Of a stretch of DNA of 64,000 nucleotides, positions 30,822 through 40,188 are shown in pieces; position 1 is the first letter of the stretch, and each line of letters starts with the position of its first letter. The DNA lies in the NCBI GenBank assembly GCA_035536295.1, contig DATLOI010000127.1, positions 26,493 through 90,492 of the forward strand, written 5' to 3'. The notes under the pieces are model-generated. The model had not been told where the DNA came from. It made no database searches and worked only from the letters and a program-made list of their open reading frames with translations. Origin of the DNA: Casimicrobiaceae bacterium (lineage in GTDB: Bacteria; Pseudomonadota; Gammaproteobacteria; Burkholderiales; Casimicrobiaceae). The translations under genes and the position numbers were made by a program.

Positions 30822-31796
30822 TCAGTCTGCTTTGATGTTGTTGGCCTTCACGACCTTTTCCCAGCGCTGCATTTCGCCGGCGATGAACTTCTGCGTTGCC
30901 TCGGGGCTGGCTGCGACGATGTCCATGCCGAGCGTCTCGGTCAACGTCTTGCGCACATCGGGAAGTTGAAGCGCTTTTTGCACTTCCTGTTGCATGCGGT
31001 CGAGAATCGGCGCCGGCGTGCCAGCCGGTGCGAGCATTCCCCACCACGCTAGCGCGGCGGGGCTCGGCACGCTCTGCTCGGCGAGCGTGGGTACGCTGGG
31101 CATCGCATGCGAGCGCTTGTCACCCGTCACGGCGAGCGCGCGGAGCTTTCCCGAATTGACGTGAGGCGCAAGCGCCGCGACGGAGGCGATCGCGAGGTCG
31201 ACCTGTCCGCCCATCGCGTCGGTCGTCAGCGGCCCGCCGCCTTTGTAGGGAACGTGAATGAGCTTCGCGCCGCTCGCCTGTGCAATCAATATGGACGCAA
31301 GATGTCCGAGCGAGCCGTTGCCAATCGAGCCGATCGTCACGCCATCGCTCTTTTTCGCTGCCGCGACGACGTCGGCGAAATTCTTGTAGGGTTTGCTTGC
31401 CGCGGTCGCGATCGCCATCGGCGCGGTGCCGATCAACATCACCGGGGCGAGATCCTTCAACGTATCGAACGGCATGCTCGCGATGAGCGACGGATTGACG
31501 GCATGCGTGTCGAACACGAACACCCAGGTGTAACCATCGGGCGGTGATTTGGCGGCGATGGAGGTGCCGATCGAACCGGAAGCGCCGACGCGATTGTCGA
31601 CGATGATCTGCTGCTTCAGCGACTCGCCGACCTTGGCAGCAATGAGACGCGCCAGCGGGTCGACCGAGCCACCCGGCGGGAATGGCACGACGAAGCGGAT
31701 GGGCTTTGCCGGCCAGTCCTGCGCCGACACCGGGCCGCTGAGAAATACCAAGGCGAGCAGCGCGAATTGCAAGACTCGTGAAATCACGGGGTGCAT
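30822..31796 (-). CDS. Bug-family (TctC-like) substrate-binding protein
   Basis: Signal peptide plus WPAKPIRFVVPFPPGGSVDPLAR...DNRVGASGS. Last gene of the DMGDH-like/Rieske operon. Confidence 0.9.
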   Translation of the reverse strand: MHPVISRVLQFALLALVFLSGPVSAQDWPAKPIRFVVPFPPGGSVDPLARLIAAKVGESLKQQIIVDNRVGASGSIGTSIAAKSPPDGYTWVFVFDTHAVNPSLIASMPFDTLKDLAPVMLIGTAPMAIATAASKPYKNFADVVAAAKKSDGVTIGSIGNGSLGHLASILIAQASGAKLIHVPYKGGGPLTTDAMGGQVDLAIASVAALAPHVNSGKLRALAVTGDKRSHAMPSVPTLAEQSVPSPAALAWWGMLAPAGTPAPILDRMQQEVQKALQLPDVRKTLTETLGMDIVAASPEATQKFIAGEMQRWEKVVKANNIKAD

Positions 31797-31841
31797 GTGC
31801 GGTGATCCTTCGTGCGTTGGTGATGCTGCTTTAGGGCCTGT

Positions 31842-33122
31842 TCAAGCGACGCGTGTCAGCGGCGCATTCACAGCGCCCGCGCCACCCGGGCCCATTTCGC
31901 GCAAATACCAGCGAATGAACGCGTCGACGTTGTATTCCTTGCCCTTCGACAATGGACCGGGAACGTAACCGATCGAGTCCACGCCCTTCTGCTGCCATTT
32001 GCAGATATCCCAGTCCTGCGCGTTGGTGAGATCCCAGAACGGCAACAGTTTGTCCAGCGAATAGTCGTCGCCTTCGCGCGCTTGGTCATCGACGAGCCAA
32101 TAGCTTCGCAGCTTGGTCTTGCGCGGGCCCGCAGGCAGCAGGCGTGAGGCGACGGCGTGATCGCAGCTTCCGTGCACCCAGAAGTTCGGCAAGCTGCGCA
32201 GTCGCAGCGTCCCGACATCGGCATCCTGGTAGTCGCCCATCAGCGGCGCGACACGCGCACCATCGATCGACTCCGTATCCCAGTCATCGACCAGAACCGT
32301 GCGATCTGCCGCGTACCAGACGCCGCGCTCGGGATCAGGGAAGGGCGCGAGACCGCCGCGCTGGTGGGTGATGGCAATGCCCTGCGCCGCCCACTTCGAT
32401 TGCGTGCGCTCGATCGCCGTGGCCATTTTTGCGCGCGACGATTCGGTGGCGGACGCTTCGTCGTAAACGTCGAAGTTCGCTTTGACGTATTGCGGATGGT
32501 TGCGAACGCAATGGAAGCATTCGCGGTTATTTTCCCATACGAGCTTCCAGTTCGCTTCGACGTCGTGGTCGATGATCTTGGCGATTTTCGCGCGATCGAA
32601 GCCTTGCGGACGCGCAGCGCCTTCGAATGCTTCACGCAGCGGAGCGAATGCGGGTGGCGAGTCGGCGAGCGAAACATAGATGAGTCCTGCGACGGTTTCG
32701 ACCCGCACCGGAAGTAACCCGAGCTTCGACTTGTCGACGTCTTCATGCATGCCGTGGCAGGAGACGAGCTCGCCTTGGCGCGAGTACGTCCAGCTGTGAT
32801 ACGGACAAATGATCGCGCGAACGTGCCCGGTTTCCGAACGGCACAGCATCGTGCCGCGATGCCGGCACACATTGTAAAACGCGCGAACGCGACCGGCATC
32901 ATCGCGCATGACCAATACCGACGTTGCCTCCACGGCGAGTGTAAGAAAGTCGCCTGCATTGGGAATCTCGATTTCGAAGCCGGCGAAAAGCCACCCGCCG
33001 TACCAGACACGCTCGAGCTCGCGCGCATACAACGCATCGGTGTGATAGAACGCGCGCGGCATTCCGTAGCCGTCGCGGCGCGTGGCGAGGAGCGTGTCCA
33101 GCTCATCGTTTTGCGTGAACAT
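31842..33122 (-). CDS. Rieske [2Fe-2S] non-haem iron oxygenase alpha subunit (GbcA/CntA/stachydrine-demethylase-like)
   Basis: Rieske motif CRH-x17-CPYH (CRHRGTMLCRSETGHVRAIICPYHSWTY). Mononuclear iron motif E-x2-H-x4-H (NNRECFHCVRNHP). No reductase partner in the window. Confidence 0.9.
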   Translation of the reverse strand: MFTQNDELDTLLATRRDGYGMPRAFYHTDALYARELERVWYGGWLFAGFEIEIPNAGDFLTLAVEATSVLVMRDDAGRVRAFYNVCRHRGTMLCRSETGHVRAIICPYHSWTYSRQGELVSCHGMHEDVDKSKLGLLPVRVETVAGLIYVSLADSPPAFAPLREAFEGAARPQGFDRAKIAKIIDHDVEANWKLVWENNRECFHCVRNHPQYVKANFDVYDEASATESSRAKMATAIERTQSKWAAQGIAITHQRGGLAPFPDPERGVWYAADRTVLVDDWDTESIDGARVAPLMGDYQDADVGTLRLRSLPNFWVHGSCDHAVASRLLPAGPRKTKLRSYWLVDDQAREGDDYSLDKLLPFWDLTNAQDWDICKWQQKGVDSIGYVPGPLSKGKEYNVDAFIRWYLREMGPGGAGAVNAPLTRVA

Positions 33123-33147
33123 GGAAGGAATCCTCGCAGGAGCAAGC

Positions 33148-35565
33148 TCAAGCAGCGAGAAGCCGCTTGCGCTCGGGATCGTACAGCGGACGCGTGTGTC
33201 GCACGGCGGGGAAGCGCTCGCCCATCACTTCGACTGCGTAGTCGGCGCGTGCGGGCTCATCCGCCTCGACGTAAGCGCAAAAGATAGTGCGGCCCACCGT
33301 GTAACCGTAGCCCGCGCTCGTGACGCGACCGATCACGCGCCCGCCTGCAAGCACGATTTCGCCGCCGAACATATCGATATCCGCTGATGCAGTGAACCAC
33401 AGGAGCTTGCGTTTGGGTCCCGTCGCTTTGATTTCGACGAGCGAGCGTTGCGCAAGAAAATCACCCTTGTCGGCCGCGACGCAGAACCCCAGGCCCGCTT
33501 CGTAGGGATTGTAGTCGGGCGTGATGTCCGAGCCCCACGCGAGATATTGCTTTTCGAGCCGCAGGCTGTTGATCGCGCGGTAACCCGCATTGACGATGCC
33601 GAATCGCTCGCCGGCTTGCATCAGGCTTTCGTACAAGCCGAGCGCGTATTCGACGGGCACATGAAGCTCGTATCCCAGCTCGCCGACATAGGAAACCCGC
33701 AGGGCGAGCACGGGCGCATAAGCCAGGTCGATCTCGCGCGCGCTCATGTAGGGAAAGCTCGCGTTGTCGAGTGGCGCATCGGTCAATTGTGCCAGCACTT
33801 CGCGTGAGCGCGGTCCGCAAACGTTCAACACCGCGCGCGACGACGTGTGGTCGACGATTCCCACACTTCCATCGTCGGGCAGATGGCGTTCAATCGTCGA
33901 GCGGTCGCGTACGCCGAGTGCGCTGCCCGTAACGAAATAGAACCGATCGGGCGCAAGCCTCGTCACGGTCACGTCGGCTTCGATGCCGCCACGCACGTTG
34001 CAAAGTTGCGTGTACACGATTGTGCCCACCGGTCGATCGACATTGTTGACCGCGAGCATTTGCAAGAGCGCCAGGGCACCCGGACCTCGCACCTCGTACT
34101 TCGAGAACGAGCTCATGTCGATCAGCGCGACACGCTCGCGAATCGCGCGATGCTCGTCACCGATCGCTGCGAACGCGGGACCGCGAGTGAACGCAGGCGA
34201 TTCGACGGCACTCGTGCCCGCTGGCGCGAACCAGTTCGGACGTTCCCAGCCAAACTTCGTGCCGAACACCGCCCCTGCTTGCTGTAGCGTCGTATGCAGC
34301 GGGCTGCGCCGTGTATCACGCCCGACAGCGGGCTCGTAGTTCGGCCACGCGATGTGGTAGTAACGGCCATAACTCTCGACCGCGCGCTCATACATGAAGC
34401 GCTTGACCGCGTGCACTGCGCCGAAGCGCCGCACATCGAACGGCCACAAGTCCAGTCCAGGATCGCCATCGACGATCCAGTTCGCCATGACCCAGCCCGC
34501 GCCTCCCGACGCTGCGATGCCCGACGTGAATCCGCAGCACAGATAGAAATTGTCGAGCTCCGGCGAGGGTCCAATGATGGGTTCGCCGTCCGCGGTGATC
34601 GGAATCGGTCCGTTGATCATCTGGCGAATGCCGACTTCGTTCAACACCGGAATGCGTGCGGACGCCGCTTCGGCGAGCGGTGCAAATCGATCGAACTCGG
34701 GCGCCAATAACTCGGGACCGAAGTCGGCACGTATCCCTGATGCGCCCCAAGGAATCGTGTTCGCTTCCCAGCCGCCAACCGCGAGCGCGCCCGGCTCGGG
34801 CTTGACATAGAAGCTGCCGTCCGGATCGCGCAGCGTGGGCAAGTTGTCTGGAATGCGCGATGACTTTTCGGTCACGAAATATTGATGCTCGACTGCGCAA
34901 GCCGCGATGCGCGTGCCGACCATCGCAGCAATGTCGCGCCCCCACATGCCGGCTGCATTGATCACGCATTCGACGTCGATCGATCCTTGATCGGTGGTCA
35001 CGCGCGTCACGCGACGACCACGCTTTTCAAGCGCCGTGACAAGAACATTCTGGATGATGCGAACCCCGCCCGCCCGCGCGCCGGCGACGTACGCGTGCGT
35101 CAGACTCGCCGGGTCGACGTAACCATCGCCTTCGACCCATGCGGCGCCAACGACACCATCGATGTCGATCAGCGGAAAGCGCTCCTGGGCCTCACGCGCC
35201 GAAATGAGGTCGACGTGAAAGCCGAATCCCTTGGCCATCGTCGCCGATCGCTTGAATTCCTGCCAGCGCGAACGCGATGACGCGATACGCAAGCTTCCGG
35301 CACGATGCCATCCGGTGGCCTGTCCCGTTTCTGCTTCGAGCTTGTCGTAGAGCTCGGCGGAGTAGCGCATGAGGCGCGTCAAATTGCTGCTGCTGCGCAA
35401 CTGCCCGACAAGACCCGCTGCGTGCCAGGTCGCGCCATGCGTCAATTGCAGCCGCTCGAGCAGCACGACGTCGCGTGCGCCGCGCTTGGCGAGGTGATAG
35501 GCGATGCTCGAGCCAATGCAGCCGCCGCCGATGATCACGATGCGGGCTTGGGTGGGGACGGACAT
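33148..35565 (-). CDS. FAD-dependent oxidoreductase with GcvT-type folate-binding domain (dimethylglycine/sarcosine dehydrogenase family), paralogue 2
   Basis: ATG 35565 gives MSVPTQARIVIIGGGCIGSSIAYHL. TWHAAGLVG motif. Collinear with, and clearly paralogous to, 12001..14421 over the full length. Confidence 0.85.
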   Translation of the reverse strand: MSVPTQARIVIIGGGCIGSSIAYHLAKRGARDVVLLERLQLTHGATWHAAGLVGQLRSSSNLTRLMRYSAELYDKLEAETGQATGWHRAGSLRIASSRSRWQEFKRSATMAKGFGFHVDLISAREAQERFPLIDIDGVVGAAWVEGDGYVDPASLTHAYVAGARAGGVRIIQNVLVTALEKRGRRVTRVTTDQGSIDVECVINAAGMWGRDIAAMVGTRIAACAVEHQYFVTEKSSRIPDNLPTLRDPDGSFYVKPEPGALAVGGWEANTIPWGASGIRADFGPELLAPEFDRFAPLAEAASARIPVLNEVGIRQMINGPIPITADGEPIIGPSPELDNFYLCCGFTSGIAASGGAGWVMANWIVDGDPGLDLWPFDVRRFGAVHAVKRFMYERAVESYGRYYHIAWPNYEPAVGRDTRRSPLHTTLQQAGAVFGTKFGWERPNWFAPAGTSAVESPAFTRGPAFAAIGDEHRAIRERVALIDMSSFSKYEVRGPGALALLQMLAVNNVDRPVGTIVYTQLCNVRGGIEADVTVTRLAPDRFYFVTGSALGVRDRSTIERHLPDDGSVGIVDHTSSRAVLNVCGPRSREVLAQLTDAPLDNASFPYMSAREIDLAYAPVLALRVSYVGELGYELHVPVEYALGLYESLMQAGERFGIVNAGYRAINSLRLEKQYLAWGSDITPDYNPYEAGLGFCVAADKGDFLAQRSLVEIKATGPKRKLLWFTASADIDMFGGEIVLAGGRVIGRVTSAGYGYTVGRTIFCAYVEADEPARADYAVEVMGERFPAVRHTRPLYDPERKRLLAA

Positions 35566-35693
35566 CGGTCGCCAAAGCAAAGATGACGGGCGAATCTATC
35601 ACGGCATCGCGCGATGGCGAATCGCGTTAAGATGAATGCCACAGCGGCGCGCGAAAACACCGCCACGAGCCCGACTTTCAAACGAGGTAGCAC

Positions 35694-36842
35694 ATGAGTC
35701 TCGTCTCCCGCGATCCGATCCTGTTGACGCCCGGTCCCTTGACAACCTCGCTCGCGACCAAGAGCGCGATGCTCCGTGACTGGGGCTCGTGGGACGCGAG
35801 CTTCAACGCCGTGACCGCGCAGATTCGCGGCAAGGTCCTCGACATCGTTAATGCGCAAAACAGCCATGTCTGCGTTCCGATGCAGGGAAGCGGCACGTTC
35901 TCGGTGGAAGCAGCGGTCAACACGCTAGTGCCGCGCGACGGTCACGTGCTAGTCCTGATCAACGGCGCGTACGGGCAGCGCATGGCGAAGTTGACGGCGA
36001 TGATGGGACGGCGTGTCAGCACGTTCGTCACTGCGGAAGACGTGCCGACTACAGCCGCCGACGTCGACCGGCTGCTCGCCGCCGACGCGTCGATCACGCA
36101 CGTGGGACTGATTCACTGCGAGACGTCCACCGGAATCGCGAATCCGCTTGTGCCGATCGCCGAGGTGGTTGCGCGACATCGCCGTCGCTTGATCATCGAT
36201 GCAATGAGCTCGTTCGGCGCCATGCCGATCGATTCGCGCAATGTCGCTTTCGATGCCGTCGTGGCGGCGTCAGGCAAATGCATCGAAGGGCCGCCAGGTA
36301 TGGGGTTCGTCATTGCCAAACGCGACGCGCTCGAAGGCGCGGCCGGCAACTGCAGCTCGCTCGCGCTCGATCTGCACGATCAATGGATCTACATGGAGAA
36401 GACGACGCAATGGCGCTATACGCCGCCGACGCATGTCGTCGTCGCTTTCAATGCCGCGCTCGATCAGTTCATGGCCGAAGGTGGACAACCGGCGCGGCTT
36501 GCCCGCTACACGAAGAATTGCGAGACGCTGCTCGCGGGAATGCGTGCGATGGGTTTTCGCTCGTTTCTCGATGCCTCGATCCAGGCGCCGATCATCGTGA
36601 CCTTCCACGCGCCGGCCGACTCGCGCTACGACTTCAAGACGTTCTACGCGAACGTGCGCGATCGCGGCTTCATCTTGTATCCGGGAAAACTCACGCAACT
36701 CGAGACATTTCGCGTGGGTTGCATCGGTGCGATCGGTGCGGAAGAAATGCGCCAGGCGGTGCACGCGATCGGCGATGCGCTGCGTGATATGGGGATTCGC
36801 GAAATTGCGCCGGCGGCCCCGGCGGCAATCCGCGCGGCGTGA
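35694..36842 (+). CDS. phnW: 2-aminoethylphosphonate:pyruvate aminotransferase
   Basis: Full-length resemblance to characterised PhnW as I recall it ([31 protein letters not shown] lysine context [25 protein letters not shown]). Confidence 0.9.
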   Translation: MSLVSRDPILLTPGPLTTSLATKSAMLRDWGSWDASFNAVTAQIRGKVLDIVNAQNSHVCVPMQGSGTFSVEAAVNTLVPRDGHVLVLINGAYGQRMAKLTAMMGRRVSTFVTAEDVPTTAADVDRLLAADASITHVGLIHCETSTGIANPLVPIAEVVARHRRRLIIDAMSSFGAMPIDSRNVAFDAVVAASGKCIEGPPGMGFVIAKRDALEGAAGNCSSLALDLHDQWIYMEKTTQWRYTPPTHVVVAFNAALDQFMAEGGQPARLARYTKNCETLLAGMRAMGFRSFLDASIQAPIIVTFHAPADSRYDFKTFYANVRDRGFILYPGKLTQLETFRVGCIGAIGAEEMRQAVHAIGDALRDMGIREIAPAAPAAIRAA

Positions 36843-36843
36843 A

Positions 36844-37719
36844 CTAATCGATCGATGCTCGGCGCAATACGTCGAGCTCGTCGAATGCGCGCGAGTCGCG
36901 CGGCACATGCCCGTGGCGCATCAACCAGTCGGCTACGACGAGTGCCGCGTCGGCGGTCATGAGATCGGGTGCGTGCGCGTTTCCCGCGAGTTCCGCTGCT
37001 TCCTCGATCGACACGCAACGAAATTGCGAGACTTCGCCGTCATGGTTGATCGGCACGAAGTCGTCGGGAAGCACCAGATCGAAGACGTGAATAGTCTCGC
37101 GTTGTAATCCATCGCTTTGCATACGCGCGATTTCGACACGGGTCGCGCGCCGGGCGCTTTGCGCGAGCGATTCGTCGATCCCCGCTTCTTCCCGCGCTTC
37201 CTTGACGATGGTTTGCTGGATGTCGAGCGTTGCGCCAACGCCGCCGCCCACCAGATTGTCCAGCTGGCCGGGATCGATCGACTTGCCAGCGCTGCGTCGT
37301 GCAATCCACATACGGGTCTCGTTGTGCGCGGCGCCGTTGAGATGCGCGGCTTCGGTTGCGATGCCAAAAAAGCGCGCGGCTGCTCGCTCGACGAACAATA
37401 GCGGTGCGTCGTTGGCTCGTGCGCGCACAGCGAAGTGCTCATCGCGCCAGCGCGTGAGCTCGCCCCGTCGCGACAATTCGCGAGCGATGCGATCGAGAGC
37501 CGCCGTCCGCGACGCAACGTCGATCAACGATGGGACCATGAATACACCATGCTCGTTGACGACGAACATGTCGGAAAACGTAGCGAGCATATTGGCACGA
37601 CGATCATCGAGATATCCGACGACCAGACCATCGACGATCCACGGCCGCAGCGTGATCGAAGGTGGGGCGAGCGCCTCACCGAGTCGCGCGGCAAGTCGGT
37701 TTAAAATGGCGCACCGCAT
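36844..37719 (-). CDS. NUDIX hydrolase with N-terminal DUF4743-like domain
   Basis: Nudix box GGGVGATLDIQQTIVKEAREEAGI. Start taken at ATG 37719 because the longer ORF would overlap the divergent HAD gene. Start uncertain. Confidence 0.7.
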   Translation of the reverse strand: MRCAILNRLAARLGEALAPPSITLRPWIVDGLVVGYLDDRRANMLATFSDMFVVNEHGVFMVPSLIDVASRTAALDRIARELSRRGELTRWRDEHFAVRARANDAPLLFVERAAARFFGIATEAAHLNGAAHNETRMWIARRSAGKSIDPGQLDNLVGGGVGATLDIQQTIVKEAREEAGIDESLAQSARRATRVEIARMQSDGLQRETIHVFDLVLPDDFVPINHDGEVSQFRCVSIEEAAELAGNAHAPDLMTADAALVVADWLMRHGHVPRDSRAFDELDVLRRASID

Positions 37720-37738
37720 CTCAACTGCATTGTAGAGC

Positions 37739-38410
37739 TTGCCTCCCGACGTTCTCACGCTGTTCGATCTCGACAACACGCTCGTTCCGTACGACACCGA
37801 AGCGCTTTGGGTCGACTTCCTCGTTGGCGAGGGCGTGTTCGACCCCACCGAGGTGACGCAGAAGAGCCGCGAGTTGACCGAGCGCTATAACCGCGGCGAA
37901 GCCGCGGCGATCGAGTTCAGCGAGTTCTATCTGAGTTTGATGGCGCCGCACGCACGTGCGTTGCTCGACGCGCTGCGCGAGCGATTCATCGTGGACAGGG
38001 TGCGCAGCCGCATCACGCCGGCCGCGCGGTTGCTCGTCGATCGGCACAAGCATGCGGGCGATTGCATCGTGCTCACCACCGCCGTGTTTCGCTATCTCGC
38101 CGAGCCGCAGGCGGCCGAGCTCGGTATCGACAACGTGATTGCGACCGAGCCCGAGATGAGCGACGGTCGCTTCACGGGGCGCGTGCTCGGCATCACGAAC
38201 TCGCGCGAAGGCAAGGTCGAGCGCTTGCGCGAGTGGCTCGCGCAGCGCGGCGAGCGGCTTGATCGCTTCCGCGAGATCTTCGTCTACGCCGATTCGATCA
38301 ACGATCTTCCGCTGCTGTCGCATGCAACGCACCCCGTTGCGGTGAATGCGGATGCGCTTCTATCCGCGACTGCGCGCCACTCGGGCTGGCCGATTCTGAC
38401 GCTAGGCTAG
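37739..38410 (+). CDS. HAD-IB family hydrolase/phosphatase
   Basis: Motif I LFDLDNTLV near the N-terminus, motif IV-like YADSINDLPLL. TTG start at 37739 (uncertain). Confidence 0.75.
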   Translation: MPPDVLTLFDLDNTLVPYDTEALWVDFLVGEGVFDPTEVTQKSRELTERYNRGEAAAIEFSEFYLSLMAPHARALLDALRERFIVDRVRSRITPAARLLVDRHKHAGDCIVLTTAVFRYLAEPQAAELGIDNVIATEPEMSDGRFTGRVLGITNSREGKVERLREWLAQRGERLDRFREIFVYADSINDLPLLSHATHPVAVNADALLSATARHSGWPILTLG

Positions 38411-38479
38411 GATGAAACGTCCCCCCACGCTCCCTTCGCCCGCTGCCCCCCAGGGGGCGGATCAGTCGGTCGGGGCGGC
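38411..38479 (+). repeat. REP/MITE-like intergenic repeat, copy B
   Basis: GATGAAACGTCCCCCCACGCTCCCTTCGCCCGCTGCCCCCCAGGGGGCGGATCAGTCGGTCGGGGCGGC. Same orientation as copy A. Starts immediately after the TAG of the upstream gene. Confidence 0.7.
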
Positions 38480-38491
38480 CCTTCCCGACTG

Positions 38492-39349
38492 ATGGCGGCG
38501 CGACTTCTCGACGGCAAGGCGCTCGCGGCGAGCATCACCGCGGATGTCGCACAGCGTGTCGCGCGTCGCGTGGCGACAGGTGGCAGCGTTCCCGGGCTGG
38601 CGGTTGTCCTGGTCGGCGACAACCAAGCATCGCAACTTTACGTCCGCAACAAGCGGCACACGACCGAAGCTGCGGGAATGCGCTCGTTCGCGTATGACTT
38701 GCCGTCGAGTGCGTCGCAAGCCGACGTGCTGGCGTTGATTGACGTGCTCAACAGTGATTCCGAAGTCTCGGGGATTCTGGTCCAGCTTCCGTTGCCGTCG
38801 TCGATCGACGCTGGCGCGATCGTCGAGCGTATCGATGTGCGCAAGGACGTCGACGGCTTCCATCCTTACAACATCGGCCGACTGGTGCAGAAGACCCCGA
38901 CGCTGCGACCTTGCACGCCTTACGGTTGCATGGAATTGTTGCGTTCGACCGGCGAGGATCTCGTCGGCGAGCATGCAGTCGTCATCGGACAATCGAACAT
39001 CGTCGGGCGCCCGATGGCGCTCGAATTGTTGATGGCGCGCTGCACGGTGACGATCTGCCATTCGGCGACGCGCGATCTTCCGCAAATCGTACGCACGGCC
39101 GATATCGTCGTCGCGGCGGTCGGCAAGGCGCGTTTTGTCAAAGGCGATTGGATCAAGCCGGGAGCGATTGTCATCGACGTCGGCATCAATCGCGACGAAG
39201 CCGGCAAGCTCGCCGGTGACGTTGAATTGGCGGCGACAATCGAACGCGCGGGATGGATCACGCCAGTGCCGGGCGGCGTGGGGCCGATGACGATTGCGAT
39301 GCTCCTGTCGAACACGTTGCTGGCGGCGGAGTGGCAGGATCGCGACTAG
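38492..39349 (+). CDS. folD: Bifunctional 5,10-methylene-tetrahydrofolate dehydrogenase/cyclohydrolase
   Basis: LLDGKALAA..., [48 protein letters not shown]. Confidence 0.95.
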   Translation: MAARLLDGKALAASITADVAQRVARRVATGGSVPGLAVVLVGDNQASQLYVRNKRHTTEAAGMRSFAYDLPSSASQADVLALIDVLNSDSEVSGILVQLPLPSSIDAGAIVERIDVRKDVDGFHPYNIGRLVQKTPTLRPCTPYGCMELLRSTGEDLVGEHAVVIGQSNIVGRPMALELLMARCTVTICHSATRDLPQIVRTADIVVAAVGKARFVKGDWIKPGAIVIDVGINRDEAGKLAGDVELAATIERAGWITPVPGGVGPMTIAMLLSNTLLAAEWQDRD

Positions 39350-39358
39350 GCGAAAGCG

Positions 39359-40102
39359 CTACGCGTCTCGCAACCTGCGCGTGAATAGCGGCCATAACGC
39401 GGCCGCGCCGGCAGCCGCGGCAAGAAGGTGCTTCACCATATGGCCGGCGACGGTCATGTTCGTTGCCTCGAAGATTGCGTGGTCCAAAAGCTCCGCGCAC
39501 TTCGCGAGCGCGTACAAGATGATCACCCAGGTCCACGGAAACGGATCGTTCGCGCGGCGTGTCAACGCGACCAGCATCAGGAGCCCCAGCGCGCCAACGT
39601 ACTGGACGACGACATACGCTGTGAGGTTGCCGCTCGCCGACCAATACGCGACGCTGGCGGGACCCGCCAAGACCAGCCCAAAGAGCACCCACTGCGCCAT
39701 GCGCAGCGACACGCGCTGCGCGACAGCCGTGGCGAACACACCTGCAAACCCGAGCGTCATCGGTAGGCGATCGAAGACCAGCGTCGTGTCGTCAGGTGCG
39801 AGGTGATAGACAATCGACCCAACGCCGGTCAACGCAAGACCGATGGCCGTCGACCATAGGCACGCTTCGACGACGCCGTTGAATCGCCGGTCGAATATCA
39901 GACGGGCAACGCCCACTATCCCCACGCCTATGAAGGCGATGTTCGAAAGAACGTTGGCGGCATTGGCGACGCCAAGCCAGCTCCTTCGATCCGCGAACGC
40001 GTGATAGTGGGAAGGCTGCGCAATGGCGGGCGCGAGAAACGCCAGAACGACAGCGGAAGCGATAAACGCAATCGACCAGCGCTCGCAGCGCGACAAATTC
40101 AT
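39359..40102 (-). CDS. Polytopic membrane protein, possibly ceramidase-like family
   Basis: 247 aa, about 7 hydrophobic segments, HYHAFADRRSWLGVANAANVLSNIAF N-terminal region as in bacterial ceramidase-domain proteins. Family call is from memory and is weak. Confidence 0.5.
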   Translation of the reverse strand: MNLSRCERWSIAFIASAVVLAFLAPAIAQPSHYHAFADRRSWLGVANAANVLSNIAFIGVGIVGVARLIFDRRFNGVVEACLWSTAIGLALTGVGSIVYHLAPDDTTLVFDRLPMTLGFAGVFATAVAQRVSLRMAQWVLFGLVLAGPASVAYWSASGNLTAYVVVQYVGALGLLMLVALTRRANDPFPWTWVIILYALAKCAELLDHAIFEATNMTVAGHMVKHLLAAAAGAAALWPLFTRRLRDA

Positions 40103-40188
40103 CGAGGCACTGCACCGAGGTCGACGCCGACAATCGAGCCCGACCCTATGCGCCGCACGGTGAGCGAGATCCTCAAATGGTTGTCGCG

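Noticed and set aside
38411-38491. Possible ZTP (pfl) or other riboswitch leader upstream of folD
   Set aside because: I could not find the conserved pfl-motif cores. The same sequence occurs downstream of an unrelated gene at 27102-27171, so it is a dispersed repeat rather than a folD-specific leader.
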